NCBI GenBank assembly: GCA_947625645.1
Contig: CANQPE010000004.1
Coordinates: 2,467 to 66,466 of the forward strand
Length of the DNA stretch: 64,000 nucleotides
Direction: 5' to 3'
From: an uncultured Clostridia bacterium
GTDB taxonomy: Bacteria > Bacillota > Clostridia > TANB77 > CAG-508
Shown here: positions 1 through 10,970 of the stretch, piece by piece
Position numbering within the stretch: the stretch's first letter is position 1
How the letters are laid out: each line of letters begins with the position of its first letter
Program-made: the position numbers and the translations under genes
Notes under the pieces: model-generated
What the model saw: the letters and a program-made list of their open reading frames with translations, nothing else
What the model was told of the DNA's origin: nothing
The model's database searches: none

Positions 1-1921
1 AAGCAATAGAATACTTATCAAATGGAATTAAAGAAGGCAAGAAATTCCAGACGCTTCTAGGAGTTACGGGTTCTCGGAAAAACGTTTACAATGGCAAATA
101 TTATTCAAAAAGTGCAAAAACCAACACTCGTTTTAGCACACAATAAGACACTAGCTGGACAATTATATAGCGAATTCAAAGAGTTTTTCCCTCGGCAATA
201 ACGTAGAGTACTTTGTATCATATTATGATTATTACCAACCAGAAAGCTATATACCAAGCTCAGATACGTATATTGAAAAAGACGCTTCTATTAATGATGA
301 AATAGACAAGCTAAGACATTCTGCAACGTTGTCGTTATTTGAAAGCAGAGATGTTATCATAGTTGCTTCTGTTTCTTGTATTTATGGGTTAGGAGACCCA
401 GAAGACTATCAAGACATGATGCTTTCATTACGAACAGGTATGCAAAAAGGAAGAGATGAAGTGTTAAAAAAATTAATTACGATGCAATATACAAGAAACG
501 AAATAGATTTTAAAAGAGGAACGTTCCGAGCAAAAGGAGACATTGCGGAAATTTACCCATCATCTCAAAGTGAAAGTGCTGTTAGGGTAGAGTTTTGGGG
601 CGATGAAATTGAAAAAATAACAGAAATTAATCCTTTAACAGGGAAAGCCATAGGAACCAGAAAGCATATTTTAATTCCTCCCGCTTCTCAATATGTTACC
701 AATAAAGAAAAAATGGAACGAGCCATTGTTACCATTGAAAAAGAGCTAGAAGAAAGAATCCAATATTTTAAAGAAAGAGGGAAACTCATTGAAGCACAAA
801 GAATTCAAGAAAGAACTAATTTTGACATTGAAATGATGAAAGAAACAGGATTTTGCCAAGGAATTGAGAACTATTCAAGACATATTAGTGGCAGAAAACC
901 AGGTTCACCACCATATACATTATTTGATTATTTTCCAAAAGATTTCTTGCTATTGGTAGATGAATCACATGCCACATTACCACAAGTCAAAGCCATGTAT
1001 AATGGAGATAAATCTAGAAAAGATGCTTTAATTCAATATGGATTCCGCTTGCCATCTGCATATGATAACAGACCGCTCACATTTGAAGAATTTGAAAAAC
1101 GTATCCATCAAGTTGTTTTTGTTAGTGCAACGCCAGCAGAATATGAAAAACAACATAGCCAAGAAAATGTAGTTGAGCAAATTATTAGACCAACTGGCCT
1201 TTTAGACCCTAAAATAGAGGTAAGACCAGTAACAAACCAAATTGATAATTTAATTGAACAAATTCGTATCAGAGTAGAACGAAAGGAACGCGTCTTGGTA
1301 ACAACCTTAACGAAAAAAATGGCAGAAGATTTAACAGAATATTTAAAAAGCGTTGACATCAAAGTAAATTATATGCATTCTGATACAAAAGCATTGGAAA
1401 GAATGGAAATTATCCGAAATTTGCGTTTAGGAGAATTTGACGTACTTGTTGGAATTAATTTGTTAAGAGAAGGACTAGACATACCAGAAGTATCATTGGT
1501 TGCCATATTAGATGCAGATAAAGAAGGCTTTTTGCGTTCGGAAAGGTCGTTGATTCAAACAATAGGAAGAGCAGCTAGAAATACAGACGGAACTGTCATC
1601 ATGTATGCAGATGAACTAACAGAAAGCATGGAAAAAGCCATATCAGAAACCAACCGTAGACGTGGCATACAAGAAGCATATAACAAAAAACATGGCATTA
1701 CACCAAAGACAATTCAGAAATCTGTTCGAGATTCAATTCGAGCAATTAAGCAAGAAGACATTGGTGTGGAATATAAAATGGAAAACAAAGAAGACGTAAA
1801 AGACGTCATTGCAAAATTAACAGATGAAATGCTAAAATTCGCCGCAGATATGGAATTTGAAAAAGCAGCAGAAGCAAGAGATAAAATTAAAGAATTAGAA
1901 AAAATATTAGAAGAATCATAG
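1..1921 (+). pseudogene. uvrB: Excinuclease ABC subunit B (UvrB); 5' end lies outside the window; frame broken by two 1-nt insertions
   Basis: From nt 3 the frame reads [24 protein letters not shown]. An extra C at 75 shifts to [39 protein letters not shown]. An extra C at 193 shifts to [45 protein letters not shown], which runs into ORF 329..1921 (UvrB helicase motifs, C-terminal UVR coiled coil). Confidence 0.9.
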
Positions 1922-1971
1922 CGATTATAGTGAACGCCAACTAGTTTCATGAGAAAGGAAGAAGCAAAAAA

Positions 1972-4798
1972 ATGAACGATAAAATTACAATCAAAGGTGC
2001 CAAAGAGCATAATTTGAAAAATATCAATATTGAAATCCCAAGAGATAAACTTGTAGTCATTACAGGATTATCAGGTTCTGGAAAATCTTCGTTAGCATTT
2101 GATACGTTGTATGCAGAAGGGCAAAGAAGATATGTAGAAAGTTTGTCATCTTATGCAAGGCAATTCTTAGGCATTATGGAAAAGCCTGCAGTAGAGTCTA
2201 TTGAAGGGCTATCTCCCGCAATATCCATTGACCAAAAAACAACTTCTAGAAATCCACGCTCTACTGTAGGAACCGTAACAGAAATTTATGACTATATCAG
2301 GTTATTATATGCAAGAATAGGAACGCCATATTGTCCACACTGTGGGATTAAAATTGAAAGGCAAAGCATTGACCAAATTGTAGATAATGTTATGGCATGG
2401 GAAGAAGGAACCAAAATTCAAGTATTAGCACCAGTTGTTCGAGGCAAAAAAGGAGAATTTACCAAGCAATTAGAAGGGTACCAAAAAGAGGGATTTGTTA
2501 GAGTCAGAATTGATGGAGAAAATTATGAATTAACAGATGATATCACCCTAGATAGAAAAAAGAAACATGAAATTGAATTAATCGTTGACAGACTTGTGAT
2601 CAAAGAAGAAATGAGAAGTAGATTAACGGAATCCATAGAAACAGCTCTAAAACATGCAGAAAATTTAGTCTTAATTGATGTCATAGGACAAAAACCAGTA
2701 TTATACAGTACCAATTATGCATGCCCAGAATGTGGATTTAGTTTTCCAGAATTATCCCCAAGGATGTTTTCATTTAACAACCCATATGGTGCATGTCCAG
2801 AATGCATGGGAATAGGGTACCTCATGAAAATGGATGAAGATTTAATTATTCCAGACAAAAATAAAACCTTGTACGATGGTGTAAAAGCGTTTGGTTCAAG
2901 TGTTATGAAAAGGGCAGATACGATGGCAAAAATGTATTTTGAAAGTATAGGCAAACATTATGGCGTAGACATTTCTGTACCAATTAAAAAATTACCAAGA
3001 ACATTTTTAGAGAAAATTCTATATGGAACAGGAGATGAAGTGATTGATTTTGAATATGAATCTTCCATTGGAACTAGAAATTTTAAAGCACCTTTTGAAG
3101 GAGTACTGCCAACGTTAGACAGACGCCATAGAGAAACAAAATCACAAGGTATGAGAGAATTTTATGAAATGTATATGAGCGAATCGGAGTGTACCGCATG
3201 TAAAGGCGCTAGATTAAAACCAGAAATTCTTTCTATCAAAATAGGGGGCAAAAACATCAATGAAATGACAGACATGTCAATTAAACACATCAAAGAATTT
3301 TTAAGCACATTAGAGTTAACACCAACACAAGCCATGATTGCAGAAATGATATTAAAAGAGATAGACAAACGTTTACAATTTTTAATGGATGTTGGTTTGG
3401 AATATTTAACGTTATCAAGAAGTGCAGGAACACTTTCAGGAGGAGAGGCACAAAGAATTCGTTTAGCAACACAAATTGGTTCAGGGCTAACAGGGGTACT
3501 CTATATATTAGACGAACCAAGTATTGGGTTACATCAAAGAGATAATGATAAGCTGTTGGCCACCTTGAAAAAATTAAGAGATTTAGGAAATACCTTATTA
3601 GTAGTGGAACATGATGAAGATACCATGTATGCAGCAGACCAGATTATAGACATTGGTCCAGGAGCAGGAGAACATGGAGGACAAGTTATGGCACAAGGAA
3701 CAGCCGAAGAAATTAAGCAAGTACCAGAATCTATTACAGGTCAATATTTAAGTGGAAGAAAACAAATTGCTGTTCCCAAAACAAGAAGAAAAATGGTAAA
3801 AGGAAAAGTCATTGAAGTACAAGGCGCTACAGAAAATAACTTAAAGCAAATCAGCGTTAAGTTTCCACTAGGCGTATTTACATGTGTGACAGGGGTGTCT
3901 GGTTCTGGAAAATCTACCTTAGTGAATGAAGTTCTTTACAAAACCGTTGCCAAAGAATTAAACAATTCAAATGAAAAACCAGGAAAATGTAAGGGCGTGA
4001 AACGGCATTCATCAAATTGATAAAATTATCAATATAGACCAATCTCCCATTGGAAGGACACCACGTTCAAATCCTGCCACATATACAGGCGTGTTTGACC
4101 TCATTCGTGATTTATTTGCTTCCACAAATGAAGCAAAATTACGAGGCTATGAAAAAGGCAGATTTAGTTTTAACGTAGCAGGTGGAAGATGTGAAAGCTG
4201 TAATGGAGACGGCGTACATAAAATAGAAATGCACTTTTTACCAGATGTATATGTACCATGTGAAGTTTGTAAAGGCAAGAGATACAATCGCGAAACATTA
4301 GAAGTAAAATATAAAGGAAAAAGTATTGCCGATGTATTGGATATGACAGTAGAAGAAGCGCTTACCTTTTTTGATAAAATTCCAAAAATAAAGCCAAAAT
4401 TACAAACATTATATGACGTAGGACTTAGTTATATTCAATTAGGACAACCTTCCACCACTTTATCAGGCGGAGAAGCACAAAGAGTGAAACTAGCAACAGA
4501 ATTATCCAAAAGAGCAACGGGAAAAACACTATATATTTTAGATGAACCAACAACTGGGTTACACATAGCAGATGTTCATAAATTAGTCAATATTTTACAA
4601 AGACTAGTAGATGCAGGAAACACAATTATTGTCATTGAACATAATTTAGACCTAATTAAAACTTGCGATTATGTCATTGACCTAGGACCGGAAGGCGGAG
4701 ACTATGGGGGAGAAATTATTGCAGTTGGCACGCCAGAACAAATTTGTAAAAACGAAAAAAGTTATACAGGAAAATTTTTAAAAAAATATTTACAATAA
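1972..4798 (+). pseudogene. uvrA: Excinuclease ABC subunit A (UvrA); frame broken by one 1-nt insertion at 4003
   Basis: ORFs 1972..4020 and 4091..4798 together cover a full UvrA (two ABC ATPase modules, zinc fingers). Removing C4003 gives ...[47 protein letters not shown], the conserved UvrA stretch. Confidence 0.9.
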
Positions 4799-4898
4799 AT
4801 AAAAAAATCCTTGAAAAAAGTAAAAAAACTATGGCAATTCTAAAAGCAATATGGTATAATACGAATATAATAATTTTATGTCGAAAGGAATTTAGAAA

Positions 4899-5900
4899 AT
4901 GTCATTTATTGAAAAAATCAAGGAGAGAGCAAAACAAGACATTAAAACAATTGTACTTCCAGAAGCAGAAGATATCCGTACCTTACAAGCAACAGAGACA
5001 GCCTTAACGGAAGCGTATGCTAACATTATCTTGCTTGGAAATGAACACAACATAACAGAAAAGGCAAAAACAAATGGAATTAATATACAAGGGGCAACCG
5101 TGATAGACCCAACAAACGCAGAAAACAATGAAAAGTATGCCAACCTGCTATATGAATTACGAAAAGAAAAAGGCATGACTATGGAAGAAGCCAAAAAACG
5201 AGTATTAGACCCTGTATATTATGGAATGTTAATGGTAAAAGATGAGGCAACTAAGGCAGATGGATTGGTATCTGGGGCAATACATTCTACGTCAGATACG
5301 CTAAGACCAGCTTTACAAATCCTAAAAACAGCACCAGCAACAAAACTTGTTTCTGCTTTTTTTGTTATGGTAGTTCCCAATTGTCCATATGGAAGTAATG
5401 GAACGTTTCTGTTTGCAGACAGCGGACTAAACCAAAATCCAACGCCAGAAGAATTATCAGAAATTGCCATTGCCTCAAGCAGAAGTTTTCAGCAATTAAT
5501 TGGAGAAGAACCTAAAGTTGCTATGCTTTCATATTCAACTTATGGCAGTGCAAAATCAGACTTAACAGAAAAAATGATTGCAGCAACCAACTTGGTAAGA
5601 GAAAAGGCACCAGATATTTTATGTGATGGAGAATTACAAGTAGATGCAGCCATTATTCCAGAAATTGCAAAATCAAAAGCACCCGGAAGTCCATTAGAAG
5701 GAAACGCCAATATATTAATATTCCCAGATTTAAATGCAGGCAATATAGGTTATAAGTTGGTACAAAGGTTAGCAAAAGCAGAAAGCTATGGACCTCTATG
5801 CCAAGGAATTGCGAAACCAGTCAATGATTTATCACGAGGCTGTGATGCAAAAGATATTGCCGGTGTTATTGCAATCACTGCAGTACAAGCACAAATATAA
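4899..5900 (+). CDS. pta: Phosphate acetyltransferase
   Basis: 333 aa, colinear with short Pta proteins (MSFIEKIKERAK..IVLPEAED.., SGAIHSTSDTLRPALQI, PVNDLSRGC). RBS gaaagga lies upstream. Confidence 0.9.
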   Translation: MSFIEKIKERAKQDIKTIVLPEAEDIRTLQATETALTEAYANIILLGNEHNITEKAKTNGINIQGATVIDPTNAENNEKYANLLYELRKEKGMTMEEAKKRVLDPVYYGMLMVKDEATKADGLVSGAIHSTSDTLRPALQILKTAPATKLVSAFFVMVVPNCPYGSNGTFLFADSGLNQNPTPEELSEIAIASSRSFQQLIGEEPKVAMLSYSTYGSAKSDLTEKMIAATNLVREKAPDILCDGELQVDAAIIPEIAKSKAPGSPLEGNANILIFPDLNAGNIGYKLVQRLAKAESYGPLCQGIAKPVNDLSRGCDAKDIAGVIAITAVQAQI

Positions 5901-5929
5901 GAAAATAAAAAATGGAGGTGCATGCTTAT

Positions 5930-7144
5930 ATGAAAATTCTTGTACTAAATTCAGGAAGTTCGTCATTAAAATATCAAGTCATTGATATGGAAACAGAAAA
6001 AATGTTAGCAAAAGGCTACTTCGAAAGAATTGCACAAGGAAATTCGTTTTTGACGCATACAGTGAATGGAGAAAAACACAAATTTGAACACTATGCCAAA
6101 AATCATGAACAAGCCATTGAATTTGTCATCAGCAGATTACAAAATCCACATTATGGAGTTTTAACAGACTTATCAGAACTAGGAGGAATTGGACACAGGG
6201 TTGTCCACGGAGGAGAAAAATTCTCCAATCCAGTATTGATTACAGAAGAAGTCATTCAAGAGATTGAAACTTGTAGTGAATTAGCACCATTGCATAATCC
6301 AGCCGCCATATTAGGAATTCGTGCTTGCCAAAAAATTGTACCCAATATGCCAATGGTAGCAGTGTTTGATACTGCATTTCACCAAACCATTTCAAAAGAA
6401 AAATACATTTATCCAATTCCATACGAATATTACAAAAAATATGGAATTCGAAAATATGGTTTCCACGGAACCTCTCATCAGTTTGTCTCCCAACGAGTAG
6501 CAGAATTGTTAAACAAAGATATTAAAGAACTAAAAATTGTTAGTTGTCACTTAGGGCAAGGCGCCAGTGTATGTGCCATTCAAGAAGGAAAATCTATTGA
6601 AACCAGTATGGGATTAACACCATTAGGAGGAATCCCTATGGGAACAAGAAGCGGAGATATAGACCCTTCTGTTGTTACCTACATCATGAAAAAAGAAAAT
6701 CTAACCCCAGATGAAATGGAATATATTTTAAATAAACAATCAGGTGCATATGGAATATCACAAGTTTCAGTAGATTTTAGAGATATTGAAGCAGACGCTA
6801 AAGCGGGTGGAACACATGCACAACTAGCATTAGACCATTATCATTATTTAGTGGCTTGTTATATTGCAAGATGTGCCGTTGCCATGAATGGAATAGACGT
6901 CCTTACCTTTACAGCCGGGGTAGGGGAAAAAGGGCAAGATTCAAGGCAAGCCATTTGCAACCACCTAAAATTTTTAGGCGTAGAAATTGACGAAGCACGT
7001 AACCAAGCATGCAAAGGAATAGAAGAAGAAATTTCTACCAAACGTTCAAATGTCAAGGTCTTTGTTGTGCCAACAAATGAAGAGCTTATGATTGCCAAAG
7101 AAACGTTAAGAATGGTACAAGGAAAAGAGGAAACAGAAGGGTAA
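5930..7144 (+). CDS. ackA: Acetate kinase, copy 1
   Basis: MKILVLNSGSSSLKYQ start, HRVVHGG, FDTAFHQT, GFHGTSH, VPTNEELMIA. Start moved to ATG 5930, behind a ggagg RBS. Confidence 0.9.
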   Translation: MKILVLNSGSSSLKYQVIDMETEKMLAKGYFERIAQGNSFLTHTVNGEKHKFEHYAKNHEQAIEFVISRLQNPHYGVLTDLSELGGIGHRVVHGGEKFSNPVLITEEVIQEIETCSELAPLHNPAAILGIRACQKIVPNMPMVAVFDTAFHQTISKEKYIYPIPYEYYKKYGIRKYGFHGTSHQFVSQRVAELLNKDIKELKIVSCHLGQGASVCAIQEGKSIETSMGLTPLGGIPMGTRSGDIDPSVVTYIMKKENLTPDEMEYILNKQSGAYGISQVSVDFRDIEADAKAGGTHAQLALDHYHYLVACYIARCAVAMNGIDVLTFTAGVGEKGQDSRQAICNHLKFLGVEIDEARNQACKGIEEEISTKRSNVKVFVVPTNEELMIAKETLRMVQGKEETEG

Positions 7145-7183
7145 CCTCTTTCCTAACGGATATTGAGAAAGGAATGGAAAATT

Positions 7184-8380
7184 ATGAAAATACTAGTTTT
7201 AAACTGCGGTAGCTCATCATTAAAATATCAATTAATTGATATGGATACAGAAGAAGTCATTGCTTCTGGAAAATATGAAAGAATAGGAGAAAAAGAAGCA
7301 TTTTTAACACACAAAGTAGAAAAGACAGGGCAAAAAATTAAACTTGAAAATCCAGCATATAACCATACAGAAGCAATTGAATTTACGTTAAAACAATTAG
7401 TAGACACAGAATACAGAGTCATTGACACATTAGATGAAATTTCAGCAATTGGACATCGATTGGTTCATGGAGGAGAAAAAATTGCAGAGTCTGTTAAAAT
7501 TGATGACAAAGTCATAGAGGTATTAAAAGAATATACAGATTTAGCACCATTACACAATCCAGCATGTATTTTAGGGATTGAAGCATGTCAAAAAGTAATG
7601 CCAGGCAAGCCAATGGTAGGTGTATTTGATACTGCTTTTCACCAAAGTATTCCCAAAGAAAGGTATATTTACCCAATTCCATATGAATACTATAAAAAAT
7701 ACGGTCTCAGAAAATATGGTTTCCATGGCACATCCCATATGTATGTTTCACAAAGAGTACTGGAGATAGAACACAAAGCTAGCAAAGACCTAAAACTGAT
7801 TACATGCCATTTAGGGCAAGGCGCAAGTATTTGTGCCATAAAAGACGGAAAATCTGTAGACACTAGTATGGGATTAACACCATTAGGTGGAATTCCTATG
7901 GTAACAAGGTCAGGAGATTTAGATCCATCTGTGATTACGTACTTAATGAAAAAAGAATGTTTAAAACCAGAAGAAATGGAAACAATGTTGAACAAAGCCT
8001 CTGGCTTAGCAGCAATATCAGGCTTAGCACCAGATTTTAGAGAAATTGAAGATGCTTCCAATGCCGGAAATGAAATGGCAAAAATTGCAATCGATGAATT
8101 CAATTATGCAATTGCAGGGTACATTGCTAAATATGCTGTTGCATTAAATGGAGTAGACGCTATTATCTTTACGGGAGGTGTTGGAGAAAATCAAATAAAT
8201 ATCCGTAAAGGCATTTGTGAAAAGTTAGCATTTATGGGAGTAGAACTTGACTTACAAGCCAACAAAATTAGAGGAGAAGAAACCGTAATTTCTACACCAA
8301 GTTCAAAAGTGAAAGTATATGTTATCCCAACAAATGAAGAATTAATGATTGCAAAAGAAACGCAAAAATTAATAAAATGA
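7184..8380 (+). CDS. ackA: Acetate kinase, copy 2 (tandem paralog)
   Basis: MKILVLNCGSSSLKYQ start and the same catalytic motifs as copy 1. By eye about 55-65% identical to copy 1. Confidence 0.9.
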   Translation: MKILVLNCGSSSLKYQLIDMDTEEVIASGKYERIGEKEAFLTHKVEKTGQKIKLENPAYNHTEAIEFTLKQLVDTEYRVIDTLDEISAIGHRLVHGGEKIAESVKIDDKVIEVLKEYTDLAPLHNPACILGIEACQKVMPGKPMVGVFDTAFHQSIPKERYIYPIPYEYYKKYGLRKYGFHGTSHMYVSQRVLEIEHKASKDLKLITCHLGQGASICAIKDGKSVDTSMGLTPLGGIPMVTRSGDLDPSVITYLMKKECLKPEEMETMLNKASGLAAISGLAPDFREIEDASNAGNEMAKIAIDEFNYAIAGYIAKYAVALNGVDAIIFTGGVGENQINIRKGICEKLAFMGVELDLQANKIRGEETVISTPSSKVKVYVIPTNEELMIAKETQKLIK

Positions 8381-8409
8381 CTTAATAGAACCAAAAGGAG
8401 GAAATAGAA

Positions 8410-9915
8410 ATGGCAAAAATTTTAGAAGATATATCAAGAACATTAAATGAATATTTATTATTACCAAATTTAACAGATGAAAGGTGTATACCTAGTCAGG
8501 TGTCTTTAAGAACACCACTTGTAAAATTCAAAAAAGGAGAAGAAGCAAAATATTATGCAAATGTACCAATGGTATCTGCTGTTATGCAAGCTGTTTCAGG
8601 AGAAGAAATGGGAATTGCATTAGCAAGAGAAGGAGGGGTTGCGTTTATTTATGGTTCACAATCTATTGAATCACAAGCAAGAATGGTTCGCCATGTAAAA
8701 AAACATAAAGCCGGTTTTGTCATTAGTGATTCTAATGTGAAATCTGGTACACCATTAAAAGATGTCATTCGCCTAGTAGAAGAAACAGGACATTCAACAG
8801 TCATTATTACAGATGATGGAACAGCCAATGGAATTTTCTTAGGGTTAGTCACAGATAAAGATTACCGCGTATCAAGAGATGACATGGAAGCCCCAATTGA
8901 CAACTTTATGACACCAAAAGAAAAAGTGTTCTGGGCACATGAAGGAGTGAGCCTATCAGAAGCAAATGACTTAATCTGGGAGCATAAAAAAGCATGTTTA
9001 CCAATTTTAACAGAAGAAGGAAGACTAAAATATTTGGTATTCCGCAAAGACTATGAAGATAGAAAAAACAATCCAAACTCTTTATTAGACGAAAATAAAC
9101 GTTACATTGTGGGAGCAGGGATTAACACAAGAGATTATGAAGAAAGAATCCCAGCCCTAATTGAAGCAGGGGTGGACTTAATTTGCATGGACTCTTCCGA
9201 TGGATATTCTGTATGGCAAAAAAATACCATTGATTTTGTTCGTAAAAACTATGGTGATAGCGTGAAAATAGGAGCAGGAAATGTAGTTGACAGAGAAGGA
9301 TTCCGCTATTTAGCAGAAGCAGGAGCAGATTTTATCAAAATTGGTGTTGGTGGAGGTTCTATTTGCATCACGCGTGAAACGAAGGGAATTGGACGTGGTA
9401 ATGCATCTGCCTTAATTGATGTTGCAGCTGCTCGTGATGAATACTTAGCAGAAACAGGAATTTATATTCCACTATGTTTAGATGGAGGCATTGTCCATGA
9501 CCATCACATTACAATTGCTTTAGCATTAGGCGCAGATTATGTTATGATGGGAAGATATTTTGCAAGATTTGACGAAAGCCCTACAAGAGTTGTCAAAAAA
9601 GGCAATGGATATGTCAAAGAATATTGGGGCGAAGGCTCTAATAGAGCTAGAAACTGGCAGAGGTACGATATGGGAGGAGACAAAAAACTTTCTTTTGAAG
9701 AAGGGGTAGATTCTTATATTCCATATGCAGGAAAATTGAAAGACAATTTAGCCATTACATGTGCCAAAATTAAATCTACCATGTGTAATTGTGGCAGTGT
9801 CACAATTGCAGAATTACATGAAAAAGCAAGGCTAACACTTGTTTCAGAAATTAGCATTTCAGAAGGCAGTGCACATGATGTTATCTTAAAAGAAGTTGAT
9901 ACGCAATATCAGTAA
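8410..9915 (+). CDS. IMP dehydrogenase/GMP reductase family protein with CBS pair (non-canonical N-terminus)
   Basis: 501 aa. TIM-barrel motifs: [19 protein letters not shown] (catalytic Cys loop), [23 protein letters not shown]-like insert at aa ~100-210. Confidence 0.7.
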   Translation: MAKILEDISRTLNEYLLLPNLTDERCIPSQVSLRTPLVKFKKGEEAKYYANVPMVSAVMQAVSGEEMGIALAREGGVAFIYGSQSIESQARMVRHVKKHKAGFVISDSNVKSGTPLKDVIRLVEETGHSTVIITDDGTANGIFLGLVTDKDYRVSRDDMEAPIDNFMTPKEKVFWAHEGVSLSEANDLIWEHKKACLPILTEEGRLKYLVFRKDYEDRKNNPNSLLDENKRYIVGAGINTRDYEERIPALIEAGVDLICMDSSDGYSVWQKNTIDFVRKNYGDSVKIGAGNVVDREGFRYLAEAGADFIKIGVGGGSICITRETKGIGRGNASALIDVAAARDEYLAETGIYIPLCLDGGIVHDHHITIALALGADYVMMGRYFARFDESPTRVVKKGNGYVKEYWGEGSNRARNWQRYDMGGDKKLSFEEGVDSYIPYAGKLKDNLAITCAKIKSTMCNCGSVTIAELHEKARLTLVSEISISEGSAHDVILKEVDTQYQ

Positions 9916-9955
9916 AAACAAGAGCGTTTGTATGAGGGAAGGCATGTGATAAACC

Positions 9956-10936
9956 ATGAACAAAACAGTTGATATATTAATGGCAACCTATGAAACCAAT
10001 CCACATTTTTTAAAACAACAAATAGACAGTATTTTACAACAAACCTATACAGACATTCATTTAATCATAAGTGATGACCATTCAACTAGCCCAGAAGTAC
10101 AAGCTATTTTACAAGAAGTTTGCCAACAAGATGATAGAGTAGAATTATATGTGCAACCTCAAAACTTAGGTTACATAAAAAACTTTGAATTTCTACTGTT
10201 GCAATCCAAGGCGGAGTATATTTGCTTTAGTGACCATGATGATGTTTGGAAACCAGAAAAAGTAGAAAAACAATTGCAAACTTTAGAGCAACAACAAGTG
10301 GACATGGTATACTGTAATTGTATGCAAATCGATGAAAAAGGGAATACTATCCAAGAAAATTATTTTCGCTATAAAAATATGCCGCTTATAAAAGGCAACC
10401 ATAAAAAATTGGGGATTTCAAGATACTTAGGGATTGGATGTTCACAAATGTTTACCAAGGCAGTCAAAGAAAAAATGCTGCCATTTAAAACAGAAGTCAT
10501 GGCACAAGATTGGCTTGTTAGTTTTATTGCAAATGAAAATAAAGGTGTATGTTATATAGAAGAACCACTGTTTTTTTATAGGTTACACACAAGCAACGTC
10601 TTTGGGGGAAGAAGTTTAGAACAAAATTTAAGGCGTTGGAAAGAAGCGCATGGGAATACCTATAAAAGTTATTTACAATATAGAACAGAAAATGTAATTC
10701 AACCAGCATATTTAGAGGGGGCCAATATGTGCCTAGCATATTGCACAGAGGAAATGACACAAAAATGGATTCAAAAATTGATTTCCTATTATAAAAGCCT
10801 CATATCGTCTCACTATGTAAATTGGCACTTTTTATCGTATTTCCGCTTCTTGGCAGGAAAAAATCTAGGAAAACAGATGGTAAAAGAGATTGTTATTTTT
10901 CATATTCCCATTTTAGGATATTTACGTTTTCGCTAA
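9956..10936 (+). CDS. Family 2 glycosyltransferase (rhamnosyltransferase-like)
   Basis: VDILMATYETNPHFLKQQIDSILQQTY..IISDDHS.. and a DHDD motif. Paralog of 14956..15990. Confidence 0.8.
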   Translation: MNKTVDILMATYETNPHFLKQQIDSILQQTYTDIHLIISDDHSTSPEVQAILQEVCQQDDRVELYVQPQNLGYIKNFEFLLLQSKAEYICFSDHDDVWKPEKVEKQLQTLEQQQVDMVYCNCMQIDEKGNTIQENYFRYKNMPLIKGNHKKLGISRYLGIGCSQMFTKAVKEKMLPFKTEVMAQDWLVSFIANENKGVCYIEEPLFFYRLHTSNVFGGRSLEQNLRRWKEAHGNTYKSYLQYRTENVIQPAYLEGANMCLAYCTEEMTQKWIQKLISYYKSLISSHYVNWHFLSYFRFLAGKNLGKQMVKEIVIFHIPILGYLRFR

Positions 10937-10970
10937 AAGATGAAAAAGATAAGAGAGGAAGGATAAAAAA

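Noticed and set aside
5788-5985. 65-aa ORF and the MEVHAY extension bridging pta and ackA.
   Set aside because: They are out of frame with both flanking genes and overlap both. The conserved AckA N-terminus begins at MKILVLN (5930), behind the ggagg.
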